Below the pieces are notes generated by a model that was not told the origin of the DNA, did no database searches, and saw only the letters and a list, made by a program, of their open reading frames with translations. Position numbers and translations under genes: made by a program. Below, in pieces: positions 28,630 to 38,290 of a stretch of 64,000 nt of DNA. This DNA comes from Phoronis australis (Eukaryota > Animalia > Phoronida), in assembly GCA_002633005.1 (NCBI GenBank), contig NMRA01000292.1:333328-397327 (forward strand). The letters are read 5' to 3'. Positions within the stretch are counted from its first letter, which is position 1. Every line of letters begins with the position of its first letter.

Positions 28630-31600
28630 CCAAACTTTTCAGTTGTTAACGTGTACGGGTTTTACAGTTACCGCGTTAATCTAGGTATACTTGTACTAAA
28701 TAACTCGTTAATTCTGTGTCTAATTTCTAACCGACCGCAATTTGTAAATGCGACCAATCAACTTGATTCTGGTAGAAGCAGTGGAATTCGTCAATAAATG
28801 TTGTCTTGCTGACTTATTACAGTGGGACTGTAGTTAACAATGCAATGAGAGATCTTCCGGCAATGAGACCCCTCTGGCTGAGTGGTACCGAGTTGTCAGT
28901 GGTAAGAGCACAGTTTCAGAGTTAAAATACCACATAGGACTAAGTGCTAATTCAACCTCTTTGTGATTCCTTTTTGAAACAATTTTGAAAATCGTTTCGT
29001 TAAGTCAGTTTGTTAAATTCTGCCGGATTACTGGATTTTGAATTTAGGGACTGGTCTGGGCCACAGCATCTGTGGGAAAAATAACAACGAATAACAGCAT
29101 ACAGAACATCAGATTCTCAGTCTGATCAAGTCAAAGTTTAAGGATATGTAAGACCTTACTTGTACATTTTAAAGTTTTTTTGCATTATTCAATTCCTGTG
29201 TCACGGTGGGTGAACCTTCTATCATCATTTCTAGTTAACTTTGAAATCGAAATCTCGCTTGTTTGTGGTAGACAGAACGGTTTCCCAGACCCACTGCAAC
29301 ACCTCATCCCACCTCATCCACTCAAATCGAATCTCTCGCCAGGCATGGAGCAGTTGAGTATGTACCCACAGTCCTTTCATTCAGTGAGTCGTCCCAATAT
29401 TGAGTCAGCGGAGTGTACATAGCCTACAAAGATGCCACCGGCGGAAAACGAAAACAAAACGTAGTTTTGATCCTCAGGGAGTTGTGCGTCAGCGTGTATA
29501 AGACGGTTAGGAATGCACCGAATCCAGCCGAGTCGCAACACGACGTCGAGTAGACGATTACAGCAAGTTGTGAAAAAATAAATCCTCACCAAATTCATTA
29601 GTTTCACCGGTAATTTGGGGTTTCGCAATTTTGATCTCGTGCTCACGGCGTATTTTAAGTACCGACTCGATTTCTACTGTCCATTTCGTAGTTAGTTTCT
29701 TCATATCAGTCTTCCTATAACGAACGCTGTGTATCAAAATGAAGTGTTGACCTACTTACTGCTGACTCCGCCTTTGACCTAGTTTGACTCGACGCAGTGA
29801 AACCGGAGTCGCAAAATTAAAATATTTTAGTGATAGGTATGTTAATTACGAAAGGCAAATTCCTTTGACACTGCCAGTAAATGTTGACGTAACGAACATT
29901 GTTAAGGCATGTATAATATATAAGTTATAGTTTTCACCGAATAATCAATCGAAAACCTCAGACATTTGGAAGACTCACCGCGTTTTCCGATTTTTCGGTT
30001 TTGGCGAATCGACTTATTTGAACTTAGGAACACAAGTTCTCAAAAAAGGTTCGGTGAATTTGACTGACACTTTCCAAATTTAATATTTATTTATCAATCT
30101 CAAAAAAGGGTGTTAGGAGTTTTGACGTCCTTGTTTTATTGTACTGAGTACTGTGCCATAAACGAATACGACAGCTGTTTTGCGAGTTAATTTGGCGTAG
30201 AAACTAAACTAAACGAGTAATCAAGAATTTCTAACAGTATTTTGAGAGATATCAGCGAGTTTTCATTTAAAGAAGGTTTTTAAAGTCGACTAAAGGGCGT
30301 TTGTTAAAAATATAAATTTGACTTAAAAAGGGTGGCCACGTTGTAATAACAATGGCACGTAAGTATAAAATGTAGGCCTATTTTTGTAATCATTGATTGA
30401 ATTAACGTTCCTCAATAAGGTCCTCCGGAGCATTGAAAACGACCATAACTCTAACGCAGGCAAGACAAGCGAAACCCAACACAAATATACAAAGCGAATT
30501 AACGCGTTATTTAAAACATGCAGCCTATTTATGCGCTGGCGTGTAAAACCCGAGCGCGCTAACAACTGAAAAGCTCTCAATTTCATAGTACCCCGCTGTT
30601 TTGCGCAAAAGGCAGCAGACAAAAGGGAACAAGCAGGCTGTGAATACATTGCCATGTTGAAGATGCGTATTGTCAACAGTAGGTAACTGGATTGTTTATT
30701 TATTCATTAGGGCACGTAAGAGACAGGTAGATATATGATCAATTCTGTTCCCATCCCAATATAATTAAAGCGCTATTGCATTGATTTGACGCTTAACATA
30801 TTTGAATAGAGCTACATCACTGAATCGGAAAATGAGCAATGAACTGTCAAGAAAGTATTGTAGCCTGGAAAATAGTATTATTGATAAAAGAACAATCGAA
30901 TGCTTTAAATGCAATCACCTAGGGCCAGTTTCAACTCTGCTTAACAATCTTGACATGACGAGGGAACCATTAGTGTAACTTTAGTCAAACGGGGCTCTCA
31001 TTCAAACAGTGATGAGTTGTTTGAATCTTGACGATGCCGCAAGAAATGCAGTGCCGACTGGTCTATAAGAAAAAAGACCCGATTGGGACACGGGGAATGG
31101 AAAGTTTTCGTTCATCCTCAACGCCTCTTGCAGGAGTCACAGTTCCAATTGGGTAATCTCTAAGTGTTTACTTCCGTTGTTGGAGTGCAACGTACATTTC
31201 AACACCGAATGAGAAACACATAAACATGAGATTTGAAAATAGACTCTATGAAGTGTTATTCACGTAGACAGGTTAAACAGTACTCTAATCGTCGTGTCAA
31301 CAGCACCGTTGTTATCGTCACCGACGAAACCTAAGTCCCGGTTATCCAAGCACGTCTTAACATCTCGACGACATTACGGCGTTTTCCCGTTGCTCGTCCC
31401 AACTTGTTCGATTCTATAGCCCAACAACAAGTTGGGAAATTTACCCCTGTAGCCAATTTCTTACACGACTGGTTAACTCCATTCTGGCATTCATGGTTGG
31501 AGGGCCAGCTCTCTTTTGTTCGATAATTGCTCTAATCTTCAATAGGATCATAGCCTGACTAGGCTGTGCTGTTAAAAATAAAAGTTATGCTATAACATAT

Positions 31601-32926
31601 TTGAACACAAACCAATAGCATTTCTGAAATTCTCGTCAAATGGTGATCACATTTAGTTTTTGAATCGCCAATATCGCTCAACTGCAACCGAAGTTCCGAT
31701 AATCTATTCTTCCCGAATGTACCAATTCACTCTGGGAATGACGGTGTTCACACGTAGTCTGTAATAAGCCTGGTAGATAATTGGCGTGCCTGTTGTCATA
31801 CCAGACAAAAGACTCTGCTTGACAGTTAACAAAGAAGTTAGATGTTATCACATGCTCAGAACCCCCTTCGTCTGGTAAAGTCACTGAACGGGAAAACGCT
31901 GTCATGAAATAGGACGGAGACAGACGGAAATGGGTAAAAATGCAAATGTGACATCGCCCCGGTGGGCTTCTTCCTCAGATGATTCAAAGCTTAGTCTAGC
32001 CGTTTCCCACTGTGTTTATTACTCGATTTCGAGATCGTAGTGATATTTACCTTGGCGTGACCAGAGCTCATAATGAAAACAGCATGATCAATGAAAATGG
32101 AAATGAAAAACTAATGAAACCAACCGCACTGATGTAGCGTTGGGGTGGGGTGGGGGGGTGCACGGCGGGGCCATGCTCCCTATTATTGCAAAAAGCCGCG
32201 ACCTTCCACCCGTCTAAACTGTTCAATACAAAGTTCCCCAAGCTTGCCATTCATTTAAGTCCTCCGATCTCTAAGAGTTTCTTATTTGTCCCCTATCTGG
32301 AATAGTTTTGGCTCCAGTGAAACCAAGATAATCCGTGAATGCGTTTACTAGAACAATCTCGATCGGCGGTCTTATTCTTCCTGGCGTAATTTTAATCCCA
32401 ATAACGACGAAAGACACAAGATTATCCCTTAACTACTTCTCAGGCATGTGTTTATTTAAATTTTGATTTAAATTTTAAATCATGTTATGTTATAATATTC
32501 AGTAGCAGCAAGGAACCCCAAGATAAAACATGTCTATAAAATGTAAGCAGATACACCATCCGCTAGTTGTATAAACTCAAAATTAAAGCCCCGCACACAA
32601 TGGAAAGTGTGTATAACGCTAATTCAATTGTTTTGCTAAACGATCGCTAACATAATAGAAAAATTTAGGCGAATTTAGTCGCTGACGTGACTGTCGTTGG
32701 TTGCATCTGTCATGTGATCCCAGTAACTTCAGTTCACGTCTGCTACTATTTCACGTGCTTGTTCAAGTGTGTGACGATTTAAGACAGGCATCATGGACTC
32801 GGCAATGTTAACAAAATTGAAATACAACACATCACATCGTTAAATAGCGCTGCAGCTATACTTACGTGAGTGAGCTTGTGAGAAGATGGAAAAGGCCAAC
32901 AATAAAAATTTGTGACCGTTCCTCAT
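2078..32926 (-). CDS. Gene A (span of 16 coding exons): secreted SRCR x7 - CUB - PAN x2 - fibrinogen-like - EGF - PAN mosaic protein, DMBT1/scavenger-receptor-like, 1455 aa
   Basis: Exon lengths 61,128,199,186,159,116,229,656,145,145,188,411,89,1128,256,272 sum to 4368; every junction is GT-AG with matching phase; no in-frame stops; domain motifs continue across junctions. Confidence 0.85.
2444..2890 (-). mobile_element. Helentron-associated (HINE-like) element fragment
   Basis: Reverse complement gtgggcgcat...gcgttgctcttgttt matches the 3' end of the 56863-58403 element. Confidence 0.55.
3779..4034 (-). CDS. Gene A exon 15: end of fibrinogen-like domain and EGF-like module
   Basis: ttgtcag| phase 0 EDEGVLTTS...NIRYYIT...PC...YTCICRKNTYGQFCE; G|GTAGGC phase 1; homologous to 59003-59240. 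Confidence 0.85.
4283..5540 (+). mobile_element. Decayed Kolobok-like DNA transposon with THAP remnant
   Basis: TTAA|agaggaaggcaat left end; inverted match ttttctggttatcctaga / tctaggataaccacaaaa; MLGGCCVPE...FHRF...WLFRVKNAAL from 4549. Confidence 0.65.
6430..6720 (+). mobile_element. Penelope-like retroelement 3' remnant (GIY-YIG C-terminus plus hammerhead-like motif)
   Basis: SLTAHCATHNHITSWDNA/KIL...KRLLIRKA...GQYPLSDTY, followed by ctgagga-tgacc...ggta-gaaa. Confidence 0.65.
6846..7973 (-). CDS. Gene A exon 14: CUB end, two PAN/Apple domains, N-part of fibrinogen-like domain
   Basis: LCG...IRSSG...FKSDGS...RGF (CUB); C-x3-C-x5-C PAN patterns twice; SC-x-x-LK...GWHFI...VYCEL...GWMMV. 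Confidence 0.92.
8445..8533 (-). CDS. Gene A exon 13: CUB middle (absent from ORF track)
   Basis: tttccag| DHNYLSNTHCSWRITVPKPYRVVLTFFHFR |GTAAGA matches the CUB Y-x-x-N-x-x-C-x-W-x-I motif. Confidence 0.9.
8960..9114. mobile_element. Small MITE (hAT-like ends)
   Basis: Terminal inverted repeat tgctgtagtgg...ccactacagca; internal taggcgc/gcgccta repeats. Confidence 0.55.
9246..9656 (-). CDS. Gene A exon 12: SRCR7 and CUB start
   Basis: RLQGG...GYVEL...GTVC...LFDC...DAGVFC, then CSGHKDVAGDEGIIKT; tgtgtag| and G|GTAATG. Confidence 0.9.
9903..10090 (-). CDS. Gene A exon 11: SRCR6 C-half
   Basis: WMNNLRCNGSESSILDCDHDGFG...DAAVFC; tttatag| phase 2 and G|GTGAGC. Confidence 0.9.
10211..10590 (-). 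mobile_element. MITE, diverged inverted sibling of 35089-35489
   Basis: taatcttt...aaagatta inverted ends; shared central tattcgtgcta/ctcgaaat block. Confidence 0.6.
10928..11072 (-). CDS. Gene A exon 10: SRCR6 N-half
   Basis: YGLVFV...GTVCSNEFDDKDAQVACREAG; tttcag| and GG|GTAAGT phase 2. Confidence 0.9.
11211..11450. mobile_element. Harbinger-like MITE
   Basis: Imperfect TIR tttcatgaaaagtgacttaagact / agtcttcagtcagtttccatgaaa ending ggcccc. Confidence 0.5.
12169..12313 (-). CDS. Gene A exon 9: SRCR5 C-end
   Basis: DCSY...HSHDKDVGVVCY; ccag| and A|GTAAGA phase 1. Confidence 0.88.
13050..13270 (-). mobile_element. tRNA-derived SINE with conserved central domain
   Basis: Minus strand: decayed tRNA head (B-box-like ttcgattcc), then cagctgcataaatgagtac and ctgcgatggacta...catccagg, resembling CORE/V/Meta SINE cores. 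Confidence 0.55.
13362..14017 (-). CDS. Gene A exon 8: SRCR4 and most of SRCR5
   Basis: WTTEDALVTCK...NCTGSETNLLDCP...VGVLC, then WGTV...ASVVCRQL...WLKNVTCVGTETKLT; ctttcag| and |GTAAGT. Confidence 0.92.
15546..15922. mobile_element. MITE with ~75-bp imperfect TIRs (TAG-type end, Academ-like)
   Basis: tagtctcaactggccccagtagagac ... gtctctactgtggcaagttgagac. Confidence 0.6.
15934..16084 (+). mobile_element. Penelope-like micro-insertion: perfect 45-bp foldback with 13-bp target-site duplication
   Basis: Arms 15946-15990 and 16001-16045 are exact reverse complements; tacctaacttaat occurs at 15934 and 16072; contains ggtgt-loop-acacc-gaaacatgtc. Confidence 0.75.
16257..16485 (-). CDS. Gene A exon 7: SRCR3 C-half
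   Basis: VICKGMGF...NVQCTGTESSLWDCP...AGAICY; ttcag| and G|GTAAAC. Confidence 0.9.
17118..17233 (-). CDS. Gene A exon 6: SRCR3 N-half
   Basis: VYLGGGYNFGRV...ICDQGWDDNDAK; tactag| and |GTAAGT phase 0. Confidence 0.88.
18304..18462 (-). CDS. Gene A exon 5: SRCR2 C-half
   Basis: [25 protein letters not shown]...HC...DMNVTC; acceptor tttcaag|, donor T|GTAAGT. Confidence 0.9.
19269..20601. mobile_element. Non-autonomous DNA transposon (ISL2EU/Harbinger-like)
   Basis: at|agaccacttg ... caagtggtct|at ends. Confidence 0.55.
21325..21510 (-). CDS. Gene A exon 4: SRCR2 N-half
   Basis: IRL...YGLVEVAINGVWGTVC...VICKQLGF; acceptor ttgcaag|, donor G|GTAGGG. Confidence 0.88.
21591..22984 (-). mobile_element. 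Kolobok-like non-autonomous transposon with THAP pseudogene
   Basis: TTAA at 21587 and 22985; AGG...CCT termini; ~160-bp TIRs; MPHCCCVPGC/…LHRFP…W…LCGKHY…RLKKGAIASLF with frameshifts and a stop. Confidence 0.85.
23275..23473 (-). CDS. Gene A exon 3: SRCR1 C-half
   Basis: ttttcag|; VCKQLGY...NCVGTEANLGSC...AGVICY; G|GTATTT phase 1. Confidence 0.9.
24389..24516 (-). CDS. Gene A exon 2: SRCR1 N-half
   Basis: tttcag|; IRL...WGRVEV...WGTISYTGWTDNDALV; |GTAAGT phase 0. Confidence 0.9.
25290..25770. mobile_element. GC-rich Harbinger-type MITE
   Basis: ccgtcacacc ... ggtgtgacgggg inverted ends. Confidence 0.55.
25569..26131. repeat. ~280-bp direct duplication joined by a single N (probable haplotype assembly artefact)
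   Basis: Copies match except for one short indel; N at 25858 lies at the junction. Confidence 0.75.
26500..27065. repeat. tgacctt...aaggtca-type degenerate tandem repeat
   Basis: Recurrent tgaccttgaaaatga...aaggtca motif (26524, 26766, 27026). Confidence 0.55.
27072..27606 (+). repeat. ~535-bp repeat, copy 1 (copy 2 at 31370-31905)
   Basis: Colinear high-identity match along the whole length. Confidence 0.85.
27660..28628 (+). mobile_element. 5'-truncated non-LTR retrotransposon (RTEX-like) with (ATT)n tail
   Basis: PILTYGAEI*G...FCKYVLRL...TPNAMARGECGR; CCHC knuckle ERICGIC...IEDEPHFMCRCP; aataaac then (ATT)n from 28563. Confidence 0.8.
31370..31905 (+). repeat. ~535-bp repeat, copy 2
   Basis: Matches 27072-27606. 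Confidence 0.85.
32866..32926 (-). CDS. Gene A exon 1: signal peptide MRNGHKFLLLAFSIFSQAHS
   Basis: ATG at 32926; basic n-region, hydrophobic core, A-x-S cleavage site; donor C|GTAAGT phase 1 matches exon 2. Confidence 0.75.
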
Positions 32927-34779
32927 GACGATAGTCAGTAAAATGGTGGATTGTTATCACCGGAAGACAAAAAACAACCCATCGATTACCAATAGCTCAT
33001 TATGAATGCGCGTATTCGCATCCACTAACAATAACATCTAATCGAGGAATACGAAGGATTTGATTATCTTCATGATAATTAGTACAACGAAACGTTGTAA
33101 CACACCAATTGCAGATACAGGTTTTGGCCTATGAACATTTGTTGGATCAAAGCCTACCTACAAATTGAGCCAAAGAGAGTGCACTTATAAGCGTACCTAA
33201 GTGTGAATATATATATCTTGTTTCTGTTGCAATTGATATGTGCAGTGTGGTACCTGATATAATGTTAATTCGATTTCTGGGCAGTAATGCTGTCTAATGT
33301 ATTTACCTGTATACATGAACTACAAAAGGTGAACAACTTTTGCGTCCGATGATTGGTGTTTTCTAACAAATTCGTCGAAACAAATAAAGATTTTTAATCG
33401 TTTTATGAAAGCCTTCAGAACCTGTGAATTTTAGAGCAAATTTCCGTAGTGGGATAATTTATTTAGTTATGCAATTTATGACCAATCTCGCATCAAATTT
33501 GAGCTACTACGACTTCTCTGCATTCAAAAAACATTGTGCATAGTATAAAGCAGCAAATCACTGAAGTGCGTTTCAAAATCTGGAGTGGACTCCTGTGAAT
33601 CAACCAGATTTTCCATTGGAATTCGCATTGATCCTAACTATATCTACCCAAATTGTTAAACACACTGTCTACATAGTGAGAAGGTTAATTAATTGCAACG
33701 AACACTCTAGATTTGTTAAAACTCGGGTGTGAAAATAGAATTTGTGTAATTAACATACTCAGCTGTCTCTGACATAATACGAAGCCAGGACTACCGTTGT
33801 CGAAAAAAACATGTTTCCCACATTTTAATTTGAATGTGTAACGGAATCGTACATTGTATGATATTCACATAAGACAATGATTCTTATATGTGAGCTCCGA
33901 CCTTAGTTGCTGTCACTCATATAATTATTATTTTTCCGACTGTTGTGTTTCGCAGAACGTTGATTTTAAGGAAACTCCATACCAAATAGTTGGTGAGGAT
34001 AAACTTACTCGTCACTTTGATTTTGTGTGGCATTTCTGTTCGGTCGTGTTATTGACACCTTTCACTTACTATAATATTGATTTTAATTTCTAAACACTTG
34101 CTCTGTTCTCTGTCAGTCAGGTGCAGAATCTGCAACTACATGTGATTTTTGTTGTGGGTTTCAGAATGGTTCCCCATAGCATTACTTGAGTTATTACTGT
34201 TTTATCTTACCCTTGAAAAAGTCACGTTGAGCACTTTCTGTCACCATAATTTAGTTTATAATGAGTTCCAAGCTCAAATAATCCCTGTGAAAAATGGTGT
34301 TCCTATCCGTGAGAAAGTTAACTTCAATTCAGAAGACAACACCGAACACATGAGCTGATCAGTCATTACTGGGTGACCTATAGTGGTGTAAGCCTTATAT
34401 CAATTCTAAAACGTGTTACAGCTCAGTTATCCATACTGAGAGATCTTCAATACTTCCATTTTTTGTTTTCTTCAGCGCATTTGAGTGTTGAAACTCTTAT
34501 TTTGCACCTTCTTTTGTCCGTTACTATATTTTTCATATTTCCTATGTACATATCTTTAGTTCAATCATTATCACCTGACTTTCCTTATTACGTCTTCAAA
34601 TACACATGTGTTTTGTATTCACTTGCAACAGAGCTAACTGGTTTCCCAAGATTGAATTTATATGTTGCGCTTTTCAACTAAGTTGCTATCCTTTGAGTGC
34701 CTCGAGTAGAGTGAGTTTCTCTGGTCTTACAATGTTTTCCCCTGTATGGTCAGAGTTCAATTCTTCTCACGGGCATCTA

Positions 34780-37700
34780 ACGAGATATCACGCTATGCGG
34801 TTTCAGCTTACTGATGTGTCTTACTTTTGTTTACATAACACCTGTATGGATTACGGAATCGTCATTGGCATGTGCCTCCTTTTAGTTGGCGATGTTGAAG
34901 AAAATCCTGGGCCTGAAGACAACACTACCTTTAAAATCTTATTTTCAAATATTAATAGCATTAAATCCAACAATTTCTCCAGATTCCAACTTCTAAAAAA
35001 CTTTGTTCTGTCGATTATATGATTGTCGCTCTTTGTGAAACTTATAATGTAACCAAAGACGACCTTGATAATGAACTTATCATTCCTGGGCCCGGTCTCC
35101 AATCTTTTTACTCGAAATGGAACTCGAAATTAGGTTTGGCATTTTCTACTCTACTTTTGGGCGAAATCAAGATAAGTGTCTATTATTCTATGCTCGAGTA
35201 CACAATAACTTACGTAGATAATTTATTGCCCTTAGTTCACAGTTTGTAAACCCAATATTAAAGCAATAAGTTCGAGTTTGAACTCGAAATTTTGAGTTTT
35301 TACTCGAGTTTTTAGCACGAATATAAGGGTCTTCAAGGGCAAACTTGAACTAGAAACTTCTATGCATAAACTATAATGTATTCGAGCACAGTCTGATAAC
35401 CAATTATCTTAAGTTCGCACAAAAGGAGCAGAGAAATTGCCAAAAATTGTTTCGAGTTCGTTTCGAGTACAAAGATTAGAGATCGGGCAATGGTTACAGT
35501 GTAGGCTATCACAGTAACAGTGGCCGTGGCATCATCTTATTCACTAAAAAACACTCACATTTAAATTATGTCCTAGCTTAACTTGTCCTCAGTTATGCAA
35601 CTGCTGGATCGCAATTTATTTCGATCACAGAAAAATTTACTATGGGTTGTTTTATCGATCACCTTCTCAATCACCAACTGAAAGAAAACTCTACTTCAAA
35701 GCCCTAGCCAATCAGTTAGCGGAACTTAACCGCAATAGCGTTAGTATAATCATAAATGGTGACTTTAACGCCCGAAACTCTACATGGTACAATGATGATC
35801 ATGACAATACGGCCGGACTACAATTGTTTGATATCTTATTGTCTAGTGACTGCATACTAATGAGCCAATCCGCATCACCGACGTTTCTCATTCATGTATT
35901 GTTCTCTGCATAACAAACAATTTGAGTATCGTTGACTCATGTTCTGTACTACCTCCTGTTGTCAATTCTGATCGCCACACAATCGAAACCACTCTAACAC
36001 CTAAAAAACCAGTTAAAGAACAACACACCACACGAACCATTTGAAAATATGATGAAGCTGACACCGACAAATTACGTCAAGATGTCACCTACACTGACTG
36101 GGATTCCATATTGAACACTGGCGACATTGATGACACTGTTTCACTCTTCACTAGTACTCTCTATGAACTTTTAAAGAACAACATCCCATCAACTGAAAGA
36201 TAATTAAACACAACAGCCAACCGTGGTTCAACAATAATGTTAAACGGGCAATCCGCACAAGAAACAGACTTTACAGCTCTTTCAGAAGATCTAACAACAC
36301 TATAATCTACAACAGATACAAGGAGCAGTCACGTCTGGTTGAAACTTTAGTAAATCAAGCCAAAGCTGATCACCGCCACAAGCTTTTTCAACAAATTAAC
36401 TGTGCAAGCAAGAACTCCAAAGAATACTGGAACATCATCAATAAAATGCGCGGCAGTCAACAACAATCCTCTTATTCAGTCAGCAACCACAATGGTAACT
36501 TAGCCTCAAGTAGTAGTGACAAGTGTGACCTGTTTCTCAAATTTTTCACGAACAAAAGCCACATTACACCAACTGAAGTAGGTAACTTTCCCTTTCTTCG
36601 TGAACGCTGTCTCAATCAACTGTCTGATATCCCGGCTAATCAAACTGATGTCCGGAAGTATCTCAATGAAACTGACCCCAATAAGAATGATGGCACAGTT
36701 TTAATCACCAACAAGATGATCAAAATGATTGCCAACGAAATTACAATGCCCTTGACCAATCTGTTTAACAAACTTCTTCAGCTAGGTATGTATCCGTCAT
36801 CTTGGAAACATGGAATTATGGTCCCTATACACAAAAAGGCTCCAAAACTGAAATTTCAAATTATCGCCCAATAACTTTACTTAACACCCTATCCAAAATC
36901 TTCGAGAAGATCATTGCTCAAAATATTCTTACATATCTCAAACAAAACAACTTGATCTATCATCGTCAATTTGTTTTTTTTTTGCCTAGAAACAGCACCG
37001 TGGCACAACTTGTTGAAATGGTACATGACATTTATTTACATTTTGAGAAGGACGAGAGTGTCAGGTCCATTTTTCTAGATATAGCTTCTGCTTTCGACTG
37101 TGTCCCTCACGACCTTCTACTTCACAAACTTCGATCTTAGGGCATTACTGGTAATCTTTTAAACATGATCACCTCATATCTCTCCGATAGAACATACAGT
37201 GTTCGTGTCGACGACGTACTTTCAACTTTATCCCCTCCTGGATTTGTAAACACAGGTGTACCGCAGAATAGCGTGTTGGACCCTCTTCTCTTCTTGGTTT
37301 ATATTAATGACCTTCCTGATAACCTGTCATGTAGCGCATACCTTTATGCAGATGACACGGCGCTTTTTTACCCCTTCGAAGGGAGCAGCCCTGAAAGTTC
37401 TTTGCAGCTTGAACACGATTTAAATAAACTCAGCTATTGGTCACAAGAATGGAGAATGAATTTTAAACCAGAAAAAAGCGTTGACCTCACCTTCTCCAAA
37501 TCTATTAATGCTGTCTTCCTTGTTGACCCGTCTTATGACCTTAAACTTAATGTTGAAATCATTCCTAGAAAACAGTCTCACAGACATCTTGGTATACTGT
37601 TAGATGAAAAACTCTCATTCACACCTCACGTTCGGGAGCTCGTAAAAAAAAAATCAGAAATCAATTAACCCACTTAAGCTTGTCTCTCGTCATCTGAATT

Positions 37701-38290
37701 CTACACATTTAGAAGTTTCGTTCAAATCATTTATACTTTCACACATCGATTATTGTAATATCATATATCATTCGGCCAATACGGGTGCACTCCAACATTT
37801 GGAGAAATTACAGTATCAAGCTGCCTTACACATAACCGGAGCTTACACGGTATCCAATAGTGTTAAGGTTTTGAATAATCTCAAGTGGCCCAAACTGTCT
37901 ACTCGACGCAATCTTCACATGACCACATTTACTTTTAAAGTAATAAACAACGTCAACAGCGTCTCTGTCAAAAAAATATTTGATCTATACACTAGACAAG
38001 GCCATCGTAGTAATTTGAGATCCTCCACCCCATATGCATTTCCTCCGTCATTCAGTCAGGCATTCAGAAGATCTACAGTCATGATGTGCATCAACAACTG
38101 GAATTCTCTTCCAGTCTCTGTTAAGGAAAGCAACTCTTTTACGAGTATAAAAAATATTATTAGAACTGTTTTTCACAATTTTGATAACTCAGCACCCTTA
38201 ACTCAATTCTCCCGTCCCCGCGATAACGAAATAGTATTGTACAGATAAAGATGTGGTCTTTTCCTCAATTCTGACAAGTTTAGGCACTAC
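34780..38290 (+). mobile_element. CR1/L2-group LINE ORF2 pseudogene (2A - APE endonuclease - reverse transcriptase)
   Basis: GDVEENPGP; ILFSNINS, LCET, YRSP, GDFNA (APE); NYRPITLL, FLDIASAFD, GVPQNSVLDP, YADD, HLGI (RT); multiple stops and frameshifts. Confidence 0.92.
35089..35489 (+). mobile_element. MITE inserted into the CR1 endonuclease domain
   Basis: TIR gcccggtctccaatctttttactcgaaa; excision restores the LIIPGY motif. Confidence 0.75.

Noticed and set aside
28519-28797. Poly-Ile ORF
   Set aside because: Translation of the (ATT)n LINE tail.
32141-32170. G-quadruplex-capable run
   Set aside because: Appears to be part of a small repeat remnant; no evidence of function.
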